Assembly (NCBI GenBank): GCA_013265495.1
Contig: MU057847.1
Span: 331,260-368,323, forward strand
Direction: 5' to 3'
Source: Vicugna vicugna
Taxonomy: Eukaryota
DNA: 37,064 bases
The position numbers and the translations under genes were made by a program. The notes under the pieces are model-generated. The model saw only the letters and a program-made list of their open reading frames with translations. It was not told the DNA's origin and did not search any database. Shown here piece after piece: positions 11,736 through 23,489 of this stretch (position 1 is the stretch's first letter; each line of letters starts with the position of its first letter).

Positions 11736-12147
11736 TATTATTACTTTTTATTATTCTTTAATAGAAGGGAAGTAACAGTACCCAAAACATTCATATTTTA
11801 CAGGGCAGTTATCTTTAATATTTACAAATACACATGGAGTGACTGGAAATTTGAAATGCCTAGACCTAAGTTCTGACAATGTGACATAGAAGCTACAAAG
11901 AAACCCATTTCTCACTTTCTGCCATGTTAGGAGTGGGTGGTCCAACTCATAAGTGACGGCCCGGGAGAGTGGAAGCAAGCAGTTGATCTAGACTGTCTCC
12001 CGGGTTTCTGACCTCATCAGCTAGGTAGACAGCACTTCAGCAGTGGGAGCTGTTCTCTCCTTGACTGACTCCCCTCCAGCAACACCACTTCCGGGAGAGT
12101 GGTAGTAATAAAGGCTGCCATCCGCTGAGTGCCTACTGTGTGCCCTT

Positions 12148-12530
12148 CATTCATTCCAGCCACAGACATTTATTGAGACCCAGCTTGTGTTCCAGGCAGT
12201 GTTCTAGGAGCTGGGCATGCACCAGTGAACTAAGCAGACTAAAACGTCTACCTTTGTTGAGTTTATAGTCTAATGGGGAGAGACAGGAATAAACAACGAC
12301 TCTAATAAATCAGTGAAGTATGAGGTGTGTTAGAAGAGACGTATGTGATGGGAGAATTGAACAGGGAAGGGGGAATGAGAGTGCTGGTGGCCAGGTGTGC
12401 AGTTTTTCATGGTCTGTTCAGGGCCAGCCTCATTGAGGAGGTGCCATTTGAGTGAATACTTGAACATGGTTAGGGCTCAAGGCACAGGGACATCTGGAGG
12501 AAGAGTAACATCTGGAGCCAGGGCAAACAC
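12148..12530 (-). mobile_element. L2 fragment
   Basis: cattcattcc...acatttattgaga...ccaggcagtgttctagg...tttatagtctaatggggagagaca. Confidence 0.65.
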
Positions 12531-12879
12531 GTGAGGTGGGATTCTGTACCAAGATATCTAAAACTCCCTGTGCTACACACAGGGGTTATAAGCTTACTGG
12601 AGAGGACAGATAATTATACAAGCAATTACAACGAAATGATAAGTATTACCTAAGATATAAGGAATGACCTTTAGTGGAGTCAGAGGAAGCTGGCCCGAGG
12701 ATCAGCAAGGGTTTTCCATATGAAGGGGAGGACCAGGCAGTTGGACACAGCACACTGGGAGTCAGATAACACAGAAGACTTGCTGGACCGCTGGTCTTTT
12801 CTAGAGGGGCCACTCTTCATTTGTCTGGTTAGGCCCAACGATCTGAATGCACCCCCAGAGTTATAAAAGCATAGCATTC

Positions 12880-13200
12880 CATTCTGAGTGTGGAGCCTAA
12901 TTTATTCAGCTGAACCTGATTCATGGTCTTTCAAGTTGTTTCCAGTTATCCGCTATTACAAAAAAAAAAAACCTAGAGTAAACATCTTTGTTCATAAAAT
13001 TTTTTACACTTGTTCAGTTATTTTCTTAGCATCAATTTCAGGAAGTTAAACTGCTGGATTCAGGGTTTTTACATGTCAGCCTTTGATACATTTCCTCCTT
13101 GGCCTTCTAGAAAGAATGTGTCAATTCTCAGTCCTACCAGTGTGGGAGAGAAACTCTTTGCCCAAGTCCTTACCAACAGTTTGTTATTTTTAGTATATTA
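12880..13200 (-). mobile_element. Old L1M fragment
   Basis: gttgtttccagtt...aacatctttgttcat...ctgctggattcaggg...cctaccagtgtgggaga. Confidence 0.5.
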
Positions 13201-13469
13201 TCCCAGAAATTGACTATAAAAATAAATATGAGGAGAAAATGGTTTCAGGCTCTGAGAAGGAAGTTTCCTAAACTGGTCATTTTTTCTGTCTTGTTCAATA
13301 AAAGAAATGAGACTGAGGCCATCCTACTGTGCAGACTTTAGGTTGTGAGTGTGACAGTTCAGAAATCCACACCTGGGCTGTAGCCATTAGAATAATCTGA
13401 ACTTTTGTACCTATTACCTTAGGAATGACTTTACAGCACAATAGTAAAGACTTCCATCTCTGGGAAGGG

Positions 13470-13610
13470 ACAGATCTAATGTTCAGTTCCAGCTCCAACC
13501 CTTACTAGCTGTCTGATATTAGGCAAGTTACTATAACCATGTGTGCCTCAGTGTCCTGGTCTGTAAAATGAGGATGGTGAATATCTGAGAGAGCAGTTGT
13601 GAGAGGCCAT
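13470..13610 (+). mobile_element. MIR
   Basis: cttactagctgtctgatattaggcaagttac...gcctcagtgtcctggtctgtaaaatgagga. Confidence 0.7.
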
Positions 13611-14239
13611 AATAAATTGTGGGTTCTGGTCTGAGATGAGATGCTGCAGCTTGGGACCCACACATCTTGTCAGGATGAGCAGGAGCCCCAGCCCCACTCT
13701 CTCTGCTCCCTTTTACCCTACCCCTCAGATCCCTGGTAGTAACAGGATTTGAGGGTTACCCAGATTATAAATGACTCCCCAGACCTCGCCCATATCTCCT
13801 TCCAACCAAACACTGGTGAGCATCTGTGTCCCCCTGAGATCAGCTCCCCTGATCCCTAACTTCCATATGTTTCTCAGGGGAGTGGTTTAGGTAGAGGAAG
13901 ACTTGGCTGGCCTTGAACTATCTGAAAGGATAGGGGTACCTCTGACAGGTGGGGGAAGGAGACCTCCCCTGGGGATGCAGAAAACTGGGAGAAATCCACC
14001 TCAGCATTCAATGAGTGTTCCCTCATTATCCCGCCATCATCACTGTCATCACCATCACTCAACTCTCAGGCATTTCTGAACCCACTCCTGTGCCTGTCAG
14101 TGGCCAGGCTTGGTGTAGCTCCTGGAGACCGACTGTCACATTGTCAGATTAACACTGAAAAAGCACTGTCTGCGTAGCACGGATAGCATTTAATTTTTCC
14201 CTCTCCTTTCTTCTGTAGCAGAATAACGCATTCTAGCTG

Positions 14240-14650
14240 AGTAATAATAGCTACCATTTCTTGAGAGCCTACAATGGACCGGCCCTATGCTAATCACTCA
14301 TACACAGGGCACACTTGGGAAAGGCAGGTCTTATTATCCTGAATTCACAAACCTCAGTTTCCTTATACTTCATATGCAGGTAATAACACCTACATCATAG
14401 GGTGCTGTGAACACAGGAGAGCTCAGACATATAAGAAATATAGGCTTCTCACCCTGGAGTGTAACCTCTGGCTCCACCACTAACTAGCTGCATGACCCTA
14501 GGCAAGTTTCTTAACTTTGTGTTTCCTCATCTGAAACCTGTGTTAATGGTAATGCCTATTTAGTGGAGTTAATGTGAGGATTAAAGGAGCCAATGTATTT
14601 CAAGGATTTAGTACAGGGTGCCTGGCACACAGTAAGCTCTTAATAAACCA
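14240..14650. mobile_element. Cluster of MIR fragments
   Basis: ataatagctaccatttcttgagagcc; ctagctgcatgaccctaggcaagtttcttaac...gtgcctggcacacagtaagc. Confidence 0.65.
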
Positions 14651-17199
14651 CAGTTGTAATGATTTTTATTACTATTATGGAAGGATCAGGAAGAGGAAGA
14701 AGATTCAGCAAAGGAGACTGAGAAGTGTGCACCAGGAAGGTCAGGGAGGGGGGAATGGTGAGAGAGGGGTGTCATGGAAACCAAGGGAAGAGGATGCCAG
14801 GAAGGAGGGAGACATAATGCAGGAGGGCACTCAGAGGCTAGTTTCTTCTAACAAGACAAAAGAGGGATTTTCATCTCTTAGCGACCAATGAGAACGAAGG
14901 CAGAAAGGAAGAAAAGAAGCCTAGAGTTTGAAATGAAGCCTTTTTTAGGTTAACCCCATCAGTCTGATCTCATAACCCAGGTATCAGTTCCAGATCTTCT
15001 AATTAGGGAAATACGTATTTCTTGAGTAAAGGAAAAGCCATTGTCACACAACGTGAAGCAAAAAAGAAATCTCAGGTTACATCAAGTTAGTGAAATAAAA
15101 ATTTAAAGTCTCAAATTCATATAGCAGAGAGGAAGATGGTGGAGGGAAGAAAAAGGGGGTGAATAGCAAGAAATTTTCAAAGCAGTAGTCTGTACTGAAC
15201 ATCCAAGCTAACACCAGTGACAGGGAGGGTAGTGAGATGGGCAGAATTTACTTCTGTATTGTTTCATCTTTCTCTTCCACCTGGTGCCAGCAAGAAATTA
15301 TGGCAGCAGAAACTGTGTCTTTGGGCATATATTCAACAAGTGTTTCTAGAGTAACATTGAGAAAAGATGAGCAGAAAGTGGAATGATGTTCTAATCTGGA
15401 CTAGATGAGGAAGGTAGAGAGGAATTAAGGGTTAAAATCTCTGTGGGCTGGGAAGTGTTGCAGGCCCCTGTGGTTTTGGGGGCATGAATGGAGCTGCCTC
15501 TTGCCTAGAGGTGGGGGAGGGGTTTCTTTCGGCTCTGGAGAGATGCAGGTGGCTACCAGGGTCCCAGAGCTACCACGGATGGATGCAAGGAGAGGGCTTC
15601 TGGAGTCTGCCCTCCTGGCCAGTTCTCAGCTAAAGGGTCGGAGTCAGAGTGGCCCTCCCAGTTTCCTCTGGCCGGGAGGGTTAAGGAGGCTGAGGCTTAA
15701 GGCAAACCTGGGATGCTGGGGATGGGAGAGGGGTGATGGGAGAGCACAGGAGGCTGAGCCTTCACCACCCCCTCCTCTGTAGGGAGAGAGTGTGGCTGGG
15801 GACAGGGGTTTGGGGAGAAGGAGAATCGTAAGGTCAGATTGTGGGTCATGGGTGAAGCAGGAGCAAGAAGCCAGGGAGGAGCTGAAGGGCTGTTTCTAGA
15901 AAGAGAAGCACTTTCAAGGTAGGCTCTGGCCTTGGCATTCCAGGGAAGGCTACACTGGCTTCTTCTCCTTCTTCCCTCTCAGCCTGCACCCCTTTGTCCC
16001 GACTGAGTTGTTATCAACCGCTAATGTAATTAGGACCCCACTGTCTCTCCCTGGGCCCCCAACCTGTGCCGTTCCTGGTACCACACAGCCCAGACTTCTG
16101 TATGAAACCCTGGGATCTGTGATTCCTAGCAGGCGTCCTGTCCCTGTCAATCTCCCTGTGAGTCTCCCTGGTCATCGTGCTCTCCTCTTACTCTATGCTT
16201 GGCCCCTGACACACCATCTCCCATTCTGCATGCACTGTCCTCTCAGTGCTGTGGACCACCCATTTCCTGCACGACAGCTCCTTCAGGTCCTCAGGTCTGC
16301 ACATTCCACCCGCTGCCTTAAATGCAATCATTCCCACACCACCCCCACCCTGGCCCTGTCCGGCTCACAGAGATAGGGACTTATGCAACTACAAGAAACA
16401 TAGGGACCCTAGGGATCTAAGGTCAAACGTGTCCTCTTTTACTACCCTCCAAGATGAGATCAGGAGAGGGGACCAGGCAGGTTTCTGCGAAAGTGCCTCC
16501 CCAGGGCCATGAATGCCCACTGCTCCGAGAAAATAGTGTGGAGGGCTTCCTGGCTTTCTGATCCCCGCGTTCCTTCACGTGTCCTTGCAACTATATTGCC
16601 TTTCATTTCTCCTCAGCTATTCTTAATTCTTGGGGTGGGATTGGCCTGAAGTCCTTGGGCTGCCCGTGTCCTCTAACATGTCGCTTCAAGGCTTAGAGGC
16701 TGAGCCTCCTGGTGTCAGGCTCCCGTGAGTAGCTCTCTTTCCTTAACTGGGGAGTGGGAAGGGGGCCATGTCAGCCTACAGGAGAGATTCCCAGTTGTGA
16801 CCAGGATGCTGTGAAGCAGCGGCAGCAGCGACCTAAGAAATCCACCCAGAGGAAGGAGAGCTGCCCCTCCCCGAAGTGATCAGGAATGGAGCCCCGGGAT
16901 CCCCATGTTGGGCTATTACATCAGCACTGGACTCACCCGCTGTCAGAATCTTCTGGATACATTAGAGAAGAAAGCATTAGTGCGTTGTCAACTAGTGGCT
17001 GCCATAGTTTAGCTCTATAACCTAAGGGACAGGTCAGTTGTGGTAAGAGGCTCTGTCCACTTACTGTTGGGGACTATTTCAGCCCATTTCCTCTTCCTTT
17101 TCCTCATCTGCAAAATGACGTTGATAAAACCTCCACATTTTATATCTTTTTAATATATTTTTCTTATTCCTTCTTCCTTTACATCTTCCTAAATTATAC

Positions 17200-17505
17200 C
17201 ACAGAGACATTAGGATAGATGCTGATATATATTTATTGACATAGAAAGAAGCCCACAACATATATTGTTTGGTGAAAAAATACAGACTTTAGAACAGCAC
17301 TTATATTTGATCACTTTTATCTCTACATATATCATCTATCTGGGCACACAGGTATAGGGAAATATCTAGAAGGACATTCATCAAAGGGTTGACAGTGGTT
17401 ATATAAGGGTTGGAAGGTTTGGGGTAATTTGTACTTTTTATACTTTTATTTCTTCTTTTAATATTTAACAATGAATTATACCACTTTCACAAAGGGAATA
17501 AAACC
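17200..17505 (+). mobile_element. Old L1ME-like 3' end, antisense to the ZCCHC12 3'UTR
   Basis: tatatttattgacatagaaaga...tctagaaggacattcatcaaagggttgacagtggtta...tttaacaatgaattata. Confidence 0.55.
17232..17237 (-). terminator. Candidate polyadenylation signal (AATAAA) of ZCCHC12
   Basis: tttatt on the + strand about 500 nt past the stop codon. A second AATAAA lies at 17445-17450. Confidence 0.5.
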
Positions 17506-17741
17506 ATCAAGGAAAGGGGCACACACAGAAAGTAGACCCTTAGGCAGCAGGGGATTGGAAGCAAGGACGGAGGTCAGGCCATCTCCTTCCACTGTGCTGC
17601 TATTCAAGACCCTTTCTCCTCCATCCCAAGAGAAAGTCGCTTTGTGGATTAATTCATGCAATTAGAAGCACCCCCCCCATTTCCCCCATTACTGGACTCT
17701 GAATATAAATTAGGGTTGATTTAAAGCTAGGGGCTAGCACC

Positions 17742-18977
<1,236 letters not shown>

Positions 18978-19068
18978 CTATAACGAGATGCTCAAGCTTT
19001 TTAGAAAAGCCTAATCTGCAGGCGTGCGGGGAGGGGGGAGCTCTGCCTTTCTCCTATCTCAGTAGGAA

Positions 19069-19216
19069 CTGTAAAAAAGAAACAAAAAAAGAGGGGGGTT
19101 AATAAGGGAACTGGTTGCAGCTGTATTTTCTCCCTTCCTGAATATCCTGCAGTACATTTTATATCTGCCCACTGCCCTAAAATTATCTTCCAGGAGACTG
19201 GCAATTACGAACTCAC
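19069..19216 (-). other. ZCCHC12: Last 5'UTR intron of ZCCHC12
   Basis: Donor ctcc|GTGAGT (+ strand actcac 19211-19216) paired with the strong acceptor at 19069. The acceptor of the upstream exon is not confidently located. Confidence 0.5.
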
Positions 19217-19825
19217 GGAGCCAGCCAGCGTCTCCGTGTTAGCAGAGTGCTTTTTACAGCCACATCCATCCCCTCCCGCCAGTCTTTCAAGTGGGACGGC
19301 AACTGTTGCTTCTAATTCGAAGTGTAATAGTGTATGGAGCTGACATTGGGCTCTCAAAATAGAGCACATCGGTCGCAGATTTGTGGGAATAAATAAGATC
19401 TCATTAATCTCTTGGTCTCAGGTCTCAACCACACCCCCTTCTTAAAGTCCCCCCTCCCCCCGTTATTTCTCAGATTCTTACAGGAGCTCGGGAACAAGCG
19501 CGCGCCTTTATTTCACTTCCAGCTTCTGCAACCGGTGGCCTCCTTGAGAAGGCTCGTTTCTGGGATTCAGCCGATCTCTGCCCACCGGGGGTCGCCGATC
19601 CGGGACCTCAGGGCGTCAGGACTGCGCCGCCGCAGAGGGCAGGGCAGGGAAGGGAAGGGTCAGAAGCAGCCTCATCCCTCATCTCGCTCCCTCCCTCCTC
19701 GCCCCTCTCCCCCTCCTCCCCGCCTCCGCTGTAGCCAGGTGGAAAATTCCCTCTCCCATCTTCTGAATACAAACCAAAGCAAGCCCCCACTCCATTACAT
19801 TTCCCCCGGGAATTCATCGCCCTAC

Positions 19826-19877
19826 CAGCTCTGCAATCAGCAGCACAGAATTCAAGTTCGGATTCGGCTTTGGTGGC
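19826..19877 (-). other. ZCCHC12: Putative internal non-coding exon of ZCCHC12
   Basis: Acceptor ctcctattccctttctctgtggcag| at 19878 and a weaker donor ctg|GTAGGG at 19825. Confidence 0.4.
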
Positions 19878-20227
19878 CTGCCACAGAGAAAGGGAATAGG
19901 AGTTGGACACGCACACTCACGTATTCCTCCCCCAGAAAGAGATGAGGAGATGCAAAGGGGGTTCGAGGCAGACAGCTCGCGATCCTCCCCCAGCCCCCAT
20001 CATCGCGCCCCTTGTCCCCCCCGAAAATACCCTCCCCCAATCAAGGCAAACCCTACCCATTTGGCAGCTTCCAGTGGAACCCCACCTCCTCCCTCAGCGC
20101 ATTGGTGCCGCGGGAGTGCTCCTTCCCCTGCCGCGCAGTCCTCGACTCCCCAAACGGGAGCCGCCCAACGCTCGTGGGGCTTCCCCCTCCTCTCTCCGCG
20201 CGGGGCACTCGTGCCCCCTTTCTTTAC

Positions 20228-20405
20228 CTGTGCTCCGCTGGTGGGCAGCGGACACTCCAGCGTTGACAGCTGTGACCCCGCCTTCGGTCTCCGCGGCCCT
20301 GTAGGGGGAAGGGACGGGCGCCTCCTGGCCGCGGAGCGACCCGGGACTGCCCAAAGGAGCTGCTCCGCGCGGCCGCCCAGTGAAGGGAAGCCGAGTCGAG
20401 GCAGC
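20228..20405 (-). other. ZCCHC12: Putative non-coding exon 1 of ZCCHC12
   Basis: Donor cag|GTAAAG at 20227. The TSS is inferred about 25-30 nt downstream of the TATA-like GATAAAA (20432-20438). Confidence 0.5.
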
Positions 20406-20429
20406 ACGGTTCCCACGGCAGCCGCGGCT

Positions 20430-20540
20430 GCTTTTATCCTCTGCCCACTGAGACAAAAGAGCGTGACGAGCGGGCCGGCCCGGCCAATCAGCGGGGCGCG
20501 GGGGCGGGCTCTCCGCTCAGCCTCGGGCGGGATGCAAATC
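20430..20540 (-). promoter_or_regulatory. Core/proximal promoter: TATA-like element, CRE half-site, CCAAT box, GC box, octamer
   Basis: GATAAAA (-, 20432-20438), TGACG (20464-20468), CCAAT (20484-20488), GGGGCGGG (20501-20508) and ATGCAAAT (20532-20539), in the usual order for leftward transcription. Confidence 0.65.
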
Positions 20541-20899
20541 TGCGCCCCAGGAGGAGTTGGGGGGAGGTGGGCAGCAGGTATTACGGACGCCGAGTGCAGC
20601 TTGGCCGCAGGGACTAGAAGAGTTTGCGGCTCTTCCCTTCTCCCTCTCTCCCTTGGTTCAACTCTGCGCCTTGAAGCCAGGTGTATTAAACACAAGATGG
20701 GATCGAAATCAAATAAACAGTAAATGTTCCTCACTTTTGTATAGAGGGAATGTAGGGGAAAGAGCGCGTTAGCTTTTTCTTTATGCACGTAGATTACACA
20801 GACAACTTTATTTTATTTTTATTTTTTACTGTAAAGGAGGCAGTACCATGTCCATTTAACAGTGAGGGGACTTGGACACTCAGGCTCTTAACCAATACT

Positions 20900-21065
20900 C
20901 ACTAAAGTATGAGTGCAAGGCTAGCCGCCTCAATCAGTTTGGGGAGCTTGTTAGAAATGCAGATTCCTGGACCTGGCCTCTGGGAGATTTTGATTTACTA
21001 GGGCTAGAGCTGGGGGTGAGATTTTGTATTTTTAACCAGCATTGTAGTTGATTCTGAGGTGTCAA
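20900..21065. mobile_element. MER5-type hAT element
   Basis: gggagcttgttagaaatgcagattcctgg...tgtatttttaaccagc...tgattctga. Confidence 0.65.
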
Positions 21066-21198
21066 GAGGATGGTGAATAATAGACCTGCTTCCAATGTAT
21101 CAGTTCACAGCATATCTACAGTGAAATGCAACTCCAGAACAGATGTTCCTCCTGAGGTTCATGATCTTCCTGAAATTGTATGCAAAGGTTTTGGACTT

Positions 21199-21639
21199 TA
21201 TAGAAGGCTGAATAATTTCCACTGAAATATATCAAGTCCTAATCCCCAGAACCTGTAAATGTTACCTTATAAAGTAAAAGTCTTTGCAGAGGTAGTTAAA
21301 TTAAGAATCCTAATGTGGGGAGATTATTCCTGATTATCTGAGTGGGCCCTAAAACCAAACACAAGCATCCTTAGAAGAGAGAGGAAGAGAGAGAGCTGAT
21401 GCACACGGACTAGGAAAAGGTGATGTGAAGACAGAAGCAGAGATTGGAGTGGCGTGGTCACAGGCAAAGGAATGCTGGCAGCCACCAGAAACTGGAAGAG
21501 GCAAGGGACAGAGTACAGCTCTGCCCAGAGAAACTGATGTTGAACTTCTGGCTTCCAGAACCATAAGAGAATAGATTTCTCTTTTTTAAACCACCAAGTT
21601 TGTGGTGATTAGTTACAGCAGCCATAGGTAACTAATACA
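21199..21639 (+). mobile_element. MaLR solo LTR (MLT1C/D-like)
   Basis: cctaatccccagaacctgtaaatgttacctta...gttacagcagccataggtaactaataca with 5-bp TSD gactt/gactc. Confidence 0.85.
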
Positions 21640-21972
21640 GACTCTATTTTGCTGAGTCCATAGCTTTGTATATTTTAAAATAATGGTTAAAAACTTCTCC
21701 CCTACAATCTTTCTTTATTCATGTCTTTCTCCTTCCATTTGTACTTGAGAAAGGAATTTGAGAAATGGAATACAATTTGACTAGACCCCTGAACCACAGC
21801 TCTTTGCCACTGATATAGCTCTCCCATTTCTCAATTCAAAGACAGGTTGCTAGGTTGCCCTTTGGTGAGCTCTTGAAGGGACCTATCCTTTGCTGGAATT
21901 GGCATCCAGCTAGCCCCAGAGGAGTAACTCCATGGATGGCAGGCAAGGCTGTTCAGAGTGAATGGGCCTGCA

Positions 21973-22340
21973 TGTATTAGTCTGCTGGGGCTACCATAAG
22001 AAAGCACCACAGACTGGATGGCTTAAACAATAGAAATTTATTTTTTTTCTCACAGTTCTGTAAGTCCAAAATCAACGTGCCCACAAGATCAGTTTCTTCT
22101 GCTGCCCTCTTGTTGCCTCTCCGTAGGGTCATCCCTCTGTGCGCTTGAGCCCCTGATGTCCAAATTTCCTCTTCTTATAAGGACCCCACTCAGTTTGGAT
22201 TGGGACCTACCCTAAAAGCCTCATTTTGACTTAATCACCTCTTTAAAGGCCATATCTCCAAATACAGTCACATTCTGAGGTGGGGAGTTGGGACTTCCAC
22301 ATATGAATTTTGGTTGGGAGACACAATTCAGCTCATAACA
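21973..22340 (-). mobile_element. MaLR solo LTR (MLT1A/B-like)
   Basis: tgtattagtctgctggggctaccataa...ccaaatacagtcacattctgaggt...acacaattcagctcataaca. Confidence 0.85.
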
Positions 22341-23489
22341 CTCTATTTTCTTCTGGTTCTGAGAAAGCATGTCTTTGACCCTCCATGGAGAGTGTGGCTA
22401 GGAGGTCCCTGTAGGGCTCTTGGGGGTCAGGGTGGTGGCAGCACGCACTACACAAGTGGCCTGCCCAAGTGCAAGTTGTTGCTGCTGCTTGTTCTTGACT
22501 GCTGGTGTTTGGGAGCAAGTGAACAATCTGATGTCCTTCGGCTGCTGGTGGCTTTATATTTAGCCTGCCAAGTTACTTCACCTGCTCCTTTCTGCTTTCT
22601 TATTTCCAACCCCAACACTTAGAATGCCTTGGCGTAGACGATCCAAACTTGGAGATGAAGCACCTTCCACCTCAGGATTGTGGCCTTTCTCTTGTAGACA
22701 GAACAGTGGGGTGATGGTGGTGGAGAGCGGAGGGTGGTGGAAGTAGAGAGAAGGCAGGTTGGTTACCTCACAGTCAAGGGTGATGCCAGCAGTAGCTTAT
22801 GGGTTATCTTCAGAATCTTCCTTTGGCTCCTCAGTACTGTGAAATCTGACCCTAGCATCTAAGCACACCCTTGTTCTGAATTTAAAGAGTTTTATCATCA
22901 AATCAGGTGATCTGCAGCTGGACATGGTGGCATCAAAAAAGACAAAGTGTAGATGTCAGAGCTCTGACAAACTGTTGGAAGGAAATGGATTGTGTCAGGT
23001 GCCTGGGTGGGATCATTAGAACAAAGAGAGGGCCACTCCATGCAGGGCTGGGAGGAGTATTGACTGAGCTGGCTCTGGGTGGATATTGAGCATCCCTTAT
23101 CTCTGGTGTCATGTTGCCAGTGTCAGGGGGCACTTCCAATTGCAAAGATTCAGGCTCTGGTGGCTCTCAGGAGGCTACATTTTATTTTCCAATTGCAAAA
23201 ACATAAACCTTAAAAACCTGAAGGTTAGGAGCTAAAGCTTTCAGTTGAAATAATATTAGCCACCTTCGGCTACCTTCCTCCTCTGTGCCAGGAATTTTTC
23301 ATCTGCTATCTCATTTAATCATCTTCCACAACTCTGTTGAGATAGACATTGTTCTGTCATCAAAGGAGCTGAGGGTATGCAAGCACTTCACAACTAGGGC
23401 TTTGGCTCATCGGAAGTCAGAGCCAAAGTAGGGATGTTTACAGGAGACCCTTCCCATAATAAACTGGGACCCTAAGGGCAGCATCTTTT

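Larger units (their letters stand above)
19480..20640. promoter_or_regulatory. CpG island of ZCCHC12
   Basis: GC- and CpG-dense sequence relative to the AT-rich flanks, directly upstream of the CDS on the minus strand. Confidence 0.85.

Noticed and set aside
16921..16933. REST/RE1-like tcagcactggac
   Set aside because: It lacks the canonical half-site spacing and the right-half GGACAG.
19412..20788. ORFs of 102-262 aa across the ZCCHC12 CpG island
   Set aside because: Low-complexity translations of GC-rich promoter and intron sequence on both strands, with no family resemblance.
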